DNA of 64,000 nt, from contig CBEUCH010000005.1 of assembly GCA_965541585.1 (NCBI GenBank), forward strand, positions 1 to 64,000, given 5' to 3'. Positions 8,841-18,531 of the stretch are shown here, piece after piece. Each line of letters starts with the position of its first letter. The stretch's first letter is position 1. Both the position numbers and the translations under genes were made by a program. Source of the DNA: an uncultured bacterium. Lineage in GTDB: Bacteria > Zixibacteria > MSB-5A5 > UBA10806. The notes beneath the pieces were generated by a model, which was not told the DNA's origin, ran no database searches, and saw only the letters and a list, made by a program, of their open reading frames with translations.

Positions 8841-10792
8841 ATTCCCACCCCCCGCAGGACCACGTTCAAAAGCCCTCCGACTAAAATTGCGAACGGTATT
8901 ATAAATGCAGTCATGCCGATGGCGGTCTTAAGGCCGCGTTCCTTGATGATCATAAAGAAATTGGCGATACACGGCACGAACAGGGTGATCGTAGTCATGG
9001 CGACGATGGCACCGATGGGATCGAGAAGTCCATCGTCAAACATCCTTTTAAAGCCGGCTGCGCCATAATCGCGGCGCAAAAAACCGAGAATGAAGGCTTC
9101 TGCGGATCGTTCTGGCAGGCCGAGTATGCCGACCGCAACAGGCGACATCAGTTTCCTCAGGATTCCCAGGAGGTTTATCCTGTCCAGAATGAATAAAATC
9201 AGCGTGCCCAGAACAAACAGCGGAACGGCCTCTTTGAGATACCATTCCAGCCTCATCAGCGTCTTCACGATGATGTTTTTTATCCCCGGCAGCCTCAATG
9301 GCGGAATCTCCAGAATAAAATCCGTGGCGCTGCCCGGTATTACTTTCGACGATAAATATCCGACGAAGAAAAGTACTCCGCCGATAACTGATATCCAGAT
9401 TAGAACTGCCCATCCGGAGATTGCCCCCAGTATTCCGAGGGTTACTCCGAGTTGCGCCGAGCAGGGAATCGCCAGCGAGAGGAGAAGGGTAACCAGAATT
9501 TTCTCCTTCTTTGTATTCAAAATCCTGGTGGTCAATACCGCCATGGTGTCGCAACCCAGCCCGAGAATCATCGGCAGCACCGCTCGCCCGTTGAGCCCTA
9601 TTTTTTTGAATATCCGGTCGACCATGAAGGCCAATCGTGGAAGGTAACCGGAATCCTCCAGGGCACCGAAAGCCAGAAAGAAAGTGGTCACAATCGGAAA
9701 GATCAATGCCAGTGCATAGGTTATGGCCATGCTGATGATCCCGTATTCACCTACAAATAGATCATTGATGAACTGTGAGGGCACCTGCGCAAAGAGCCCG
9801 GCAAAGAATGGATTTATGATGCCTCCGAAAATATTTTCCTCCAGAAGACCCACCAGCGTTTGTGCCCCGAAAACCCCGACGAAATAATAAAAGCCGATCA
9901 GAACCAGGATCAATATGGGTATCCCGTAAGCCGGATGCTGCGCCAAATCTCCCAGATTTCTCAGGATCCTGCTTCCCGCCGGAACCCGAATCGTCAGGAT
10001 ATCTTCAACAATCCGTTTAGCCTTGTTATTTCTGGTCTTTGCAATGATAAATCCCACAGGTTCGGCTAATGTCGATTGAAGCCGGGATCTGATTCGCTCG
10101 ATTTCTACAAGGTTTTCCGGGGGGATTCTTTTGCCGACCAGATCGGGTAGGCCGTCATCACCGCTTAAATAGCTGAGCGAAAGTCCCCGGGAAGCGCTTT
10201 CATCGCTGCCAAGCATATGGCTGATTCGAGCCGCAGCGCTTTCAATGGCAGGATCGAAATCGATCTTGAGCTTCGGCAGGGCGGCTTTCGGAAGAGCTCT
10301 TTTCAACTCTTCCACCCCTCGCCTCTCGATAGCAACCGTGGATACGACCGGGACGCCTATGATCTCGGAGAGACGACCCGAATCGATTTTCATGCCTGCG
10401 CCGGACGCTTCATCCGCCATATTCAACGCCACCACAACCTCACGCCCAAACTCCGCCAGCTGGGAAAGAAGCACCAGGCCTCTCTGTAGATTCTTAGAAT
10501 CTATTATGCAAATTACAGACGAGCCGGGGTTGTCGAGAATCAGATCCCGCGTAACCTTTTCGTCTTCCGATACCGGTGAGAGTGTATCGGCGCCGGGGGA
10601 ATCGAAGATGCGCCGTCTTATGCCGCCGATCTTTGCCCAACCGGAGGTGTAATCGACGGTGGTTCCGGGGTAATTGGAAACTTCGACATAATGTCCGGAA
10701 AGTGCCCCGAATAGTGCCGACTTTCCAACGTTGGGATTTCCCACCAGTATCACCGCGGCCGCTGAAATTGATTTTTCAGTCTGTTCAATCAT
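8831..10792 (-). CDS. feoB: Ferrous iron transporter FeoB
   Basis: G1 GNPNVGKS, G2 NYPGTTV, G3 DSPG, G4 NMAD; LEDSGYLPR, IPCSAQ, LFVPC membrane motifs. Confidence 0.96.
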   Translation of the reverse strand: MIEQTEKSISAAAVILVGNPNVGKSALFGALSGHYVEVSNYPGTTVDYTSGWAKIGGIRRRIFDSPGADTLSPVSEDEKVTRDLILDNPGSSVICIIDSKNLQRGLVLLSQLAEFGREVVVALNMADEASGAGMKIDSGRLSEIIGVPVVSTVAIERRGVEELKRALPKAALPKLKIDFDPAIESAAARISHMLGSDESASRGLSLSYLSGDDGLPDLVGKRIPPENLVEIERIRSRLQSTLAEPVGFIIAKTRNNKAKRIVEDILTIRVPAGSRILRNLGDLAQHPAYGIPILILVLIGFYYFVGVFGAQTLVGLLEENIFGGIINPFFAGLFAQVPSQFINDLFVGEYGIISMAITYALALIFPIVTTFFLAFGALEDSGYLPRLAFMVDRIFKKIGLNGRAVLPMILGLGCDTMAVLTTRILNTKKEKILVTLLLSLAIPCSAQLGVTLGILGAISGWAVLIWISVIGGVLFFVGYLSSKVIPGSATDFILEIPPLRLPGIKNIIVKTLMRLEWYLKEAVPLFVLGTLILFILDRINLLGILRKLMSPVAVGILGLPERSAEAFILGFLRRDYGAAGFKRMFDDGLLDPIGAIVAMTTITLFVPCIANFFMIIKERGLKTAIGMTAFIIPFAILVGGLLNVVLRGVGIWW

Positions 10793-10837
10793 CCTTGATT
10801 GCCCGCATCGGACTCCGGCCGGTTAAAATCATGATTT

Positions 10838-10852
10838 TGACAATCATTCTCA
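10838..10852. promoter_or_regulatory. Fur box upstream of feoB
   Basis: TGACAAT-C-ATTCTCA, 12/14 match to the 7-1-7 consensus TGATAAT-N-ATTATCA, between fur and feoB. Confidence 0.8.
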
Positions 10853-10870
10853 TATCATTGCGAAATTTTT

Positions 10871-11296
10871 TTATTTGCACCGTTTGCACAAACCGTAGAT
10901 CTCAAACCGATGTCCCTCGATTTCGAAACCCGATCTGGAGGCTATCTGCCTGATGGATTTCTGCATAGCACCTGTATTGAACTCCTCTGTCTTTCCGCAA
11001 CCGGTGCAGATCAGGTGACCGTGCTGACCCTTATCGAAAGCCCGCTCGAATCGGGACCTGCCATCGCCGAAATTGACCTCCCTCGCCAATCCGCATTCGG
11101 TAAACAAGCTCAATGTGCGATAGACGGTGGAAAATCCTATCCGGGGATTTTGCTTTCTGATCATACTGTGTAACTCATCAGCCGAGACATGTTTGCCCGT
11201 TGACAGAAAAGTATCCAGAATAGCCGCACGCTGGGCCGTTTGCTTCAATCCTTTCTGCCTGAGATAATTGATCAGGATTCTGTTTTCCTTTTTCAT
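10871..11296 (-). CDS. fur: Fur-family transcriptional regulator
   Basis: TAQR..IL, STVYRTL, HGHLIC..CG, YGLC..C; start moved to MKKENR at 11296. Confidence 0.93.
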   Translation of the reverse strand: MKKENRILINYLRQKGLKQTAQRAAILDTFLSTGKHVSADELHSMIRKQNPRIGFSTVYRTLSLFTECGLAREVNFGDGRSRFERAFDKGQHGHLICTGCGKTEEFNTGAMQKSIRQIASRSGFEIEGHRFEIYGLCKRCK

Positions 11297-11472
11297 AATA
11301 TTCGGTCGTTCCCCATTTCTCCGAACGCTCTTCACCAGAATCATCGGAGATTGAAAGTTGCTTCTATTCCCAATCTACGATCGTCCATCTTAAAATCCGA
11401 TTCCGTTTTTGAAAACCTTCCTGGCACGTTACATTTATCGGCCAGATGAGTTGATTCTAAAACTCATAATCA

Positions 11473-11501
11473 ATTCTAATCATAACGTAAATGATTGTCA
11501 A
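11473..11501 (-). promoter_or_regulatory. sigma70 promoter of fur
   Basis: TTGACA-N17-TAGAAT on the minus strand. Confidence 0.75.
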
Positions 11502-11564
11502 GATATTTTGTTTTCTTTTCACAGGCTTGACACATATTGCTCTCTTAAATCAACTGCCGAAGGA

Positions 11565-13019
11565 TCAGTCCAGTGTCCTATAATTCGGGGCTTCTTTAAT
11601 TATTTTTACATCATGGGGATGGCTCTCCCGCAAGCCGGCCCCTGTAATCTGAACGAATTTCGCGGTCTTCTTGAAGGTGGGAATATCTTTAGCCCCGCAA
11701 ATCCCCATTCCGGCCCTCAGGCCTCCCATCAATTGAAAAACAGAATCCGCCAGGGGACCTTTATAAGGAACTCTTCCCACTACGCCCTCCGGGACCATCT
11801 TACCGGATGCGGTCTCCTGAAAGTATCTGTCAGCACTTCCCTTTTTCATGGATTCAATAGAACCCATGCCCCGATAAACCTTATAGGATCTACCCTCAAA
11901 GAGAATAGCCTCTCCCGGCGATTCGTCCGTGCCGGCCAGAAGCGAGCCGATCATGACGGAATCGGCACCCGCCGCCAGGGCCTTGGCAACATCGCCCGAA
12001 TATTTGACTCCACCGTCGGCGATAAGCGGAATATTGTTCTTTTCACAGGCCCTGGAGCCATCCATGATGGCCGTGATCTGCGGTATCCCGGCACCCGTTA
12101 CTACGCGAGTCGTACAGATCGAACCGGGCCCCACGCCGATCTTCACGGCATCGACACCGGCGGCGATCAGATCGGATGCGCCCTCGAAACTGGCAACGTT
12201 ACCGCCTATCAGTTCGCATTTAGGAAATTCCTTCTTCAGCTGTTCAACCGCTTTTATAACACCTTCTGAATGACCGTGAGATGAATCTATCGTAATTATA
12301 TCCGCACCCGCTTTTATCAACTCCGCCGCCCTCTCTATCATATCTCCAACCACGCCAACCGCCGCTCCGACCCTCAGCCGACCCCGCTCGTCTTTACAAG
12401 CATGCGGGTACTGGATACGCTTCATAATATCTTTGACGGTGATCATGCCCTTGAGATTCCGTTCGGAATCTACGACGAGAAGCTTTTCGATTCGGTGCTT
12501 ATGCAATAGTTCCTTGGCTTTTTCAAGATCCGTCCCCTCGGGAACGGTAATAAGGTTCTCCTTTGTCATTACCTCATCTATTCGGACCGCAGGGTTGCGA
12601 TGGAAGCGTAAATCGCGATTGGTGAGAATCCCGACAAGCTTGCCATTCCTCGTGATAGGAATTCCGGAGATCGAGAACTTCTTCATCGTTTCCAGGGCAA
12701 CCCCAATCGAATCGTCGGGAGGCAGAGTGATCGGGTCAACTATCATGCCCGATTCAGAACGCTTGACCTTATCCACCTCGGATGCCTGCTCCTCGATGGA
12801 AAAGTTCTTGTGGATCATCCCTATCCCTCCCTGGCGAGCCATTGCGATAGCCATCGAGGACTCCGTTACAGTGTCCATTGCCGAGGAAATCAAGGGGATA
12901 TTCATAGCTATTGAATTCGTCAATCTGGTTTTAAGATCGATCTTGTTTGGCAGAATCGACGATTTCGCGGGCGCCAGAAGAACGTCATCAAAAGTCAAAG
13001 CCAGCTTCATCTCATCCAT
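11565..13019 (-). CDS. guaB: IMP dehydrogenase with CBS pair
   Basis: [19 protein letters not shown] (catalytic Cys), IADGG, YRGMGS. Confidence 0.98.
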   Translation of the reverse strand: MDEMKLALTFDDVLLAPAKSSILPNKIDLKTRLTNSIAMNIPLISSAMDTVTESSMAIAMARQGGIGMIHKNFSIEEQASEVDKVKRSESGMIVDPITLPPDDSIGVALETMKKFSISGIPITRNGKLVGILTNRDLRFHRNPAVRIDEVMTKENLITVPEGTDLEKAKELLHKHRIEKLLVVDSERNLKGMITVKDIMKRIQYPHACKDERGRLRVGAAVGVVGDMIERAAELIKAGADIITIDSSHGHSEGVIKAVEQLKKEFPKCELIGGNVASFEGASDLIAAGVDAVKIGVGPGSICTTRVVTGAGIPQITAIMDGSRACEKNNIPLIADGGVKYSGDVAKALAAGADSVMIGSLLAGTDESPGEAILFEGRSYKVYRGMGSIESMKKGSADRYFQETASGKMVPEGVVGRVPYKGPLADSVFQLMGGLRAGMGICGAKDIPTFKKTAKFVQITGAGLRESHPHDVKIIKEAPNYRTLD

Positions 13020-13101
13020 TGTAATACCCCCTCTATTTATAAAGAATCAACCGTCATATAAGGACGGATGTTTCCCTTTTAGAGCAGCCGATAAGAACCT
13101 G

Positions 13102-13818
13102 TCAATTGGCGCTCTCATCGGTCCAGATCATTATCCTCCCGCAACTATCACAGGCAAAGATCCGATCGGCGCGTCGGATCTCCTGAATTCTCTGCGGAGG
13201 AATCTGCCTGAAACAGCCGCTGCATGCTTTCTTGCGGATCGGCACGACCACCATGCCACCCTTGCCCTTTCGGACCCGCTCGTAAATTCCTATTATCTGT
13301 CTATTTATATCTTTTGCGATGTTTCGGCGCATTGCCATCTTCTGGTCGATCTTCCCCTGGAGAGTCGATGCCTGTGCTTTAAGCATCTTGAGTTGCTCGG
13401 TGTTGGAAGCCTGGACCTCCTGAAGGCGCCCATTCATTTCGGTTAATCCCTCGTTATATTCATCGACTTTAGCCATCAGAGTCAGCACCTGCTCTTCTTT
13501 GTCGGAGATCTCCCGTCTTTTCGAATCGATCTCAGCTGTTAGAGCATCGTACTCTTTATTCGTCTTTATGACTCTCATTTGCTTCTGGAATTTTTCCAGG
13601 TCCTGTTTATCCGATTCAATCTCCAGCTCCAGAATTTTTTGCTCCTTCTCGCTTTCCAGCAAGGCGACTCCATCATCAGTGATATTCTCCTCCAGATCGG
13701 TTAGCTCCTTTTCGAGATTTTGAATCATCTCCGGCAGGTAAATCTTGGAGCGTTCCAATTCACCGAGTTGATCATCTATCTCCTGAAGGTCCAAAAGCAA
13801 TGACAGATCTTTCTGCAA
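13102..13818 (-). CDS. Coiled-coil protein with C4 zinc ribbon (DUF164/CT398-like)
   Basis: Long coiled coil, NKEYDAL..EI, C-terminal CSGC...CDSCGRI; TTG start with GGAGG. Confidence 0.88.
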   Translation of the reverse strand: MQKDLSLLLDLQEIDDQLGELERSKIYLPEMIQNLEKELTDLEENITDDGVALLESEKEQKILELEIESDKQDLEKFQKQMRVIKTNKEYDALTAEIDSKRREISDKEEQVLTLMAKVDEYNEGLTEMNGRLQEVQASNTEQLKMLKAQASTLQGKIDQKMAMRRNIAKDINRQIIGIYERVRKGKGGMVVVPIRKKACSGCFRQIPPQRIQEIRRADRIFACDSCGRIMIWTDESAN

Positions 13819-13839
13819 TTCATCCTCCAGTTCGGAATT

Positions 13840-13865
13840 AAAAAATGCGCCGGAATCCGGCGCAT
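13840..13865 (-). terminator. Intrinsic terminator downstream of the tRNA pair
   Basis: ATGCGCCGG-ATT-CCGGCGCAT followed by a T-run. Confidence 0.75.
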
Positions 13866-13984
13866 GCGTGACTTTTCTCTTCGGTTTTCGAACTGCGACC
13901 GATCATCGAAAGCAGCCCGTTGAGATCAGGCAATTTGGCTTCCCCAATCGGATTTTCTAACTTGCCATCAATCATATTTTCAAA

Positions 13985-14061
13985 TGGTGGGCAATACTGG
14001 ATTCGAACCAGTGACCTCTCGGATGTGAACCGAACGCTCTAACCAACTGAGCTAATCACCC
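13985..14061 (-). tRNA. tRNA-Val (CAC)
   Basis: GGGTGATTAGCTCAG...TT-CAC-AT...GGTTCGAATCC...CCCACCA cloverleaf; CCA encoded. Confidence 0.95.
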
Positions 14062-14080
14062 ACGGCAACCGATCCCCGGA

Positions 14081-14154
14081 TGGGCCCACCAGGACTCGAA
14101 CCTGGGACCCACTGATTATGAGTCAGTTGCTCTAACCAGCTGAGCTATGGGCCC
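14081..14154 (-). tRNA. tRNA with CAT anticodon, most likely tRNA-Ile2 (lysidine)
   Basis: GGGCCCATAGCTCAG...ACTGA-CTCATAA-TCAGT...GGTTCGAGTCC; paired G1, C4:G69 and C5:G68 (TilS determinants); CCA not encoded. Confidence 0.88.
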
Positions 14155-14171
14155 AACTATCATAGCTCTAT

Positions 14172-14200
14172 AAATTATCTCCCTGATATTAATATGTCAA
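14172..14200 (-). promoter_or_regulatory. sigma70 promoter of the tRNA operon
   Basis: TTGACA-N17-TAATTT. Confidence 0.7.
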
Positions 14201-14274
14201 GCTATTTCGCTTTACGGCCATCTCTATGCAATTTTTCAGAGAATGGGAATAGACGATATGACGCCTTTCTCCTG

Positions 14275-14829
14275 CTAATTCTGGAGAGCCACCAGCTTTC
14301 GCTTAAGAAGCGTCCGCCCGCGTGAGAGACGTGATCGCACCGTTCCCAGAGGGCAGCCCAGATGCATTGCTATGTCCTGATACGGAAATCCTCTGAGATC
14401 TGCCAGGATAACCATCACCCGGTATTCTCCCGGCAGTGAATTGATAGCTTTCTTGACGTGGTCGCTGACAAAGTACTCCAGGAGCTTATCGTCGTCCAGT
14501 AAACGATAGTCTTGAACATGCCTATGGGCGCTGGATTCATCGGGGCAAATATCCTGATTAAGCTCCTGATGGATAGGCCTTCTTTTCGTTTTATGGTAAT
14601 GATTGATGAACGTATTGGTCATGATACGTATGAGCCACGCCAGGCAGTTGGTGCCCCGACGGAACATATCGAAATTTCGGTAGGCGCGAAGGTAGGTTTC
14701 CTGCACCAGATCCTCGGAGAAAACCGAATCTTTAGTGAGCCCCCTGGCCAATCCATGAAGATAGTTGAGGTGAACGACCGCCAGGATTTCAAACTCTGTC
14801 TTTAATCGATCTTTCGAAAACTGCACCAT
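14275..14829 (-). CDS. ECF RNA polymerase sigma factor (SigH/SigR-like sequence)
   Basis: EDLVQETYLRAY, GTN..AWL..I..N region 2; Y.DIA..LGCPLGTVRSRLSRGR region 4; 184 aa. Confidence 0.93.
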   Translation of the reverse strand: MVQFSKDRLKTEFEILAVVHLNYLHGLARGLTKDSVFSEDLVQETYLRAYRNFDMFRRGTNCLAWLIRIMTNTFINHYHKTKRRPIHQELNQDICPDESSAHRHVQDYRLLDDDKLLEYFVSDHVKKAINSLPGEYRVMVILADLRGFPYQDIAMHLGCPLGTVRSRLSRGRTLLKRKLVALQN

Positions 14830-15022
14830 TTTAACAAACTCCCGGCAGAAATATCGCAGCCATAAGCCGAATCAGGCCAAAAGGTTGCTCTTTGCATTCG
14901 CCATTCTTATGGCTGGATTCTCCATTCTCGCATTCTCCTGTCTTCGCTCGGAGCCACGCCAGAAGCGCGGCTCCGGCCCAAAGTAACTGAGGGGAGAGAA
15001 GCAAACTACATTTCCCTTCTTG

Positions 15023-15038
15023 GCAATAATTGTGCCAA
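15023..15038 (-). promoter_or_regulatory. sigma54 (-24/-12) promoter upstream of the ECF gene
   Basis: TTGGCAC-AATTA-TTGC, exact GG-N10-GC spacing; IHF-like TCAA-N4-TTG at 15066-15076. Confidence 0.75.
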
Positions 15039-15209
15039 CAGATCAAAATCGTAACTTACCATAGGTCAAGGGATTGTGATTTGCTTTCCGGTGATGGAAA
15101 CGCTTATATGTGGAATATCATAACACTTTCAATAGCGAGATATATTTGATTATCTATAAGGAAGTTACGTCGATCCAATAGTGTTATTATTCTTAACAGG
15201 TGATGATTT

Positions 15210-16976
15210 CTATAACGTTTTGATCACTATCATCGTTAGATCATCAGTTTCTCTTTTCAGCGAACCAAATTCTTTTGTCTGGCTCACGATGCGATCGATT
15301 ATCTCACGGGCCGTCAAATGCCCACAGCGATCCAGAGAATTCAGCAATCGTCCTACGTCAAACTCGTTCCCGTCCTCGTCTATAACTTCGGTTACGCCAT
15401 CAGTATAGAACAGCAGTATATCTCCCCTGGCAAGCGACATGGGTCTTTCCTCGTAGGTCGAATTTTGAATTGCTCCCAGGGCCACGCCTCCTTCTTCAAG
15501 ATATACGATTTCCCCCGATGTCCGCCTCAGGATGGGGGGATTATGGCCGGCGTTGGAGAATGTAAAGATCTTGTTTTTTGAATCGAGGACGCCGTAAACT
15601 GCCGTCACGAACCTATCGCGCTCTATAGATTCATAGAGAAGATTATTTACCTTATTAAGAATGGCCCGGATAGCAAAGTTATTCCTGATTTCGGCTTTGA
15701 GACTGGCACGAAAGGCTGCCATGATCAAGGAGGCCGGTATGCCTTTGCCGGAAACGTCGCCGATAGCGATACCGAACTGATTTTTGACTATCGGAATGAA
15801 ATCGTAATAATCGCCTCCCACGGCAGTTGAAGGTATATTAATCCCGGCCACGTCGAATCCGGGGATCTCGGGATCACGGGACGGCAGAAAAGTCATCTGG
15901 ATACGGCGCGCAATGGCAAGCTCGTCTTCCAGTTGTCGCGCTACCAGCCGTTCCCGATGCATTCTTGCCCGCTCAATTGAAACGGCCGCCAGGCTGGCAA
16001 ATCCATCCACCAACTCCAGATCATGTTTTGTGTAGGCGTCCGGCGTATCGCTCTCCACATTAAAAACGCCGATTACGTTATTGTCAATCTTGAGGGGCGC
16101 CGCCATCTCAGACCTCGTTTGCGATCTCAGCGCAATGTAGTCTGGATCGCTTCCAACGTCCGATACTATGACGCCATCGCCCTTCTGCGCGACTCTCCCG
16201 CATATACCCTGTCCCATCTTAAGATGCAGTCGTTCCAGGACAGTTGCCTCCAGGCCGCGAGTGGCGATCTGATTAATAGTGCCGTCTCTGGGATCTACCA
16301 GATAGATTATGGCTATTTCATATTTTATGACACGCTTCAGGTTATCGAGGATCTTGTCAAGCAGTTCATTCAGCTCCAACGACCCCGATAGAGCTATGCC
16401 AACCTCGTGCAGGGACTTAGCCTCCTCCAGGGCACGAACGGCCTCCTTTAGAATCCAGGCGTTTCGCAGTGTCAACGCGATTCGTTCTGCAATCACTTCG
16501 AGAAGTCCCAAATCCTGACCTTGAAACTTGCCGCCTTCCTTGCCGTTAATTGCCTGTACCAACCCCAGATATTGGTCGGCTGCAAAAAGAGGAACGCTTA
16601 ATATATTTCCGGGAATCATGCCGAGAAAATCATGTATCCGCTCGCTGTATTCCGTTTCCGCGCTGATGTTATCGATTTGAATCGGTCTTCGATCTGCAGA
16701 ATCCAGGCCGGGGATGTTTTTTCTTTCTATTAATGGGAAAGTATGGACTTTCTGGGGCGATCCCGACTCGGCGGCAAAACAGTTCAAGGAATGACCGCGA
16801 GGGTCCACCAGAATTAAGCACGCCCCCCGGGCGTTAAATCTTTTTGTAAGAATCTCCAGGGCGTTGCTGATTACCGTATCAAGTTCCAGATCAGAGTTCA
16901 GAGCCCTGAACGATTCTATCAACAGTTTCTCTCGGGGTGAGAAGTCTTTTCCTGAATTGTACGTCATCACTTCCAA
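15210..16976 (-). CDS. GAF-GAF-PP2C (SpoIIE/RsbU-type) phosphatase
   Basis: Two GAF domains, then VGGDYYD, IGDVSGKG, NAGH, YTDG.TE, DDLT. Confidence 0.92.
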   Translation of the reverse strand: MEVMTYNSGKDFSPREKLLIESFRALNSDLELDTVISNALEILTKRFNARGACLILVDPRGHSLNCFAAESGSPQKVHTFPLIERKNIPGLDSADRRPIQIDNISAETEYSERIHDFLGMIPGNILSVPLFAADQYLGLVQAINGKEGGKFQGQDLGLLEVIAERIALTLRNAWILKEAVRALEEAKSLHEVGIALSGSLELNELLDKILDNLKRVIKYEIAIIYLVDPRDGTINQIATRGLEATVLERLHLKMGQGICGRVAQKGDGVIVSDVGSDPDYIALRSQTRSEMAAPLKIDNNVIGVFNVESDTPDAYTKHDLELVDGFASLAAVSIERARMHRERLVARQLEDELAIARRIQMTFLPSRDPEIPGFDVAGINIPSTAVGGDYYDFIPIVKNQFGIAIGDVSGKGIPASLIMAAFRASLKAEIRNNFAIRAILNKVNNLLYESIERDRFVTAVYGVLDSKNKIFTFSNAGHNPPILRRTSGEIVYLEEGGVALGAIQNSTYEERPMSLARGDILLFYTDGVTEVIDEDGNEFDVGRLLNSLDRCGHLTAREIIDRIVSQTKEFGSLKRETDDLTMIVIKTL

Positions 16977-17072
16977 ATAACTTGTTTTGCCGGTAAATGG
17001 TTACAGATTCGCATCAGAGAATTATCGGCGTTGCAACAATCTATCACGACGATTGCGATGTATTAAGCAACG

Positions 17073-17101
17073 AATATATATGGTAAACTGATTCCTGTCA
17101 A
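17073..17101 (-). promoter_or_regulatory. sigma70 promoter of the phosphatase gene
   Basis: TTGACA-N17-TATATT. Confidence 0.65.
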
Positions 17102-17121
17102 TACGGGTGGATTCTCTTGTT

Positions 17122-18528
17122 CTACCTCTGGAAAAGAGTCATCTTTACCTTAGCTTCCCAGTTGTAATCTTTGACCTCGTTTTGCATGGAGGAGTGAACG
17201 AGCACGTAGGCGCCCGTATCTTCAAAGTCCACAAAAATGAAATAAACCCCGCCCTCGATGCCATGATACCACCATCTCTCCCAAGCTCGCTCTTCGATAG
17301 ATGAGTGATACCGTTCTATATCTGAAGGCTCGCCATAGAGAATATAGACTCGTCCTTGATCCATCTTCCATCCCGGAATAAATCCCTTATATTGACCGAA
17401 TTTATCTTCGGCATATTTGAGTCGGTTGTAATGCTCTAATTGGAATTCATTTTCCGGAGTATCCGGATCGGGGTCACGATACCTCCAGAAGTCCTTCTGG
17501 AAATTCGCTTTCCCCTCCAGATTCAGCGAATCGAAGAGCTTCAACTCCTGAGGTGTGGCAACAAGAGCGATATCGTCACGAAATCTCTCCGCTTCTTCCT
17601 CGCTGCTGATTCTGTTGGCCTGGGGAAACATATTCAAAATCGCCCGCAATTTTTCCTGCCTCAGCTGCCATGGCGATGCAACCAGCGTAAAGCCCCTTTC
17701 GGCGCTCACGGATTCCTCGCCATCGGTTACTATCAGCCTTATTTTATACACTCCCCTGTCGAGAGTCGCGGTCGAAAAGCCAGTGAGGATCACCGTGGAT
17801 GGCCCCGGTTTTGCATAGTCCGTCGGCTGGATCGACTTGATTTCTTCTCCATTCGGATCGAGGATAATAAGCGAAACCGAATATGTGCTCTCGGCCTCGG
17901 GCGAGGTGTCCAGGTTATACGCCTCGGCGTAGATATATATCGCGCCGCTTCCCTGCATAAAGCGCCGCGACGGATTGGGTAGAACACGATGCCCGGCCTT
18001 TAAGAATTTGCCGACGCTGTCAGGAGTTATTTCGTAGGCCAGTTCCAGCAATGAAATATCGAGCTTTTCACCGGCGTAGGCGGGAACATCCATTTCGAAG
18101 GAGAAGATATCCTTTTGAGTATCATTGAGGGCAGACAATGTAATTGCGTATTCCCCCACCGGGAAAACCTCTGCCAGTATATCGGAGATCAGAAAATCAG
18201 AATTCTCGAGAGCCGAGAGGTCTCTGATACGCGACCCCGCCTTCCAGCTTGCCGAATCGATCAAAACACCGCTTGAATCTCTGACCGCTATCTGGAAATC
18301 AATTATAGCCACATAGCCGCTGGTGTCAGGCTGGAATTTCAACAGCCTGCGTGGTAAGTTGTAATATATCTCGACATAGGAGTTGGCGGTATCCCCTTCC
18401 AGACGATAAGTACAGTAGCTGGCACTAAGTTGAAGCGGTCCCGATGCCTCCTGGCCGGAATTGGCGCTGAAGGTGACGGCTGTCAGAATCAGCCCGACCA
18501 CCAGAAAAGCTCTCATGAAATTAGCCAT
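17122..18528 (-). CDS. GWxTD domain protein, secreted (GWKMD variant)
   Basis: Signal peptide; FW..RDP.P.TPENE and GWKMDQGRVYILYGEP. Confidence 0.88.
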   Translation of the reverse strand: MANFMRAFLVVGLILTAVTFSANSGQEASGPLQLSASYCTYRLEGDTANSYVEIYYNLPRRLLKFQPDTSGYVAIIDFQIAVRDSSGVLIDSASWKAGSRIRDLSALENSDFLISDILAEVFPVGEYAITLSALNDTQKDIFSFEMDVPAYAGEKLDISLLELAYEITPDSVGKFLKAGHRVLPNPSRRFMQGSGAIYIYAEAYNLDTSPEAESTYSVSLIILDPNGEEIKSIQPTDYAKPGPSTVILTGFSTATLDRGVYKIRLIVTDGEESVSAERGFTLVASPWQLRQEKLRAILNMFPQANRISSEEEAERFRDDIALVATPQELKLFDSLNLEGKANFQKDFWRYRDPDPDTPENEFQLEHYNRLKYAEDKFGQYKGFIPGWKMDQGRVYILYGEPSDIERYHSSIEERAWERWWYHGIEGGVYFIFVDFEDTGAYVLVHSSMQNEVKDYNWEAKVKMTLFQR

Positions 18529-18531
18529 AGA

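Noticed and set aside
11409..13446. Long plus-strand ORFs (286 and 337 aa) opposite guaB
   Set aside because: Antisense shadows of a conserved gene; no motifs or SD
13866..13975. Known riboswitch classes (c-di-GMP-I, purine, ZTP, ykkC) upstream of DUF164-guaB
   Set aside because: I could not match their conserved cores by eye; kept only as an unknown element
14831..15046. 71-aa ORF as a possible anti-sigma factor
   Set aside because: Starts upstream of and spans the sigma54 box; no SD and no HxxxCxxC motif
13985..15200. Integrated element at the tRNA genes
   Set aside because: No integrase, and I saw no duplicated tRNA 3' end
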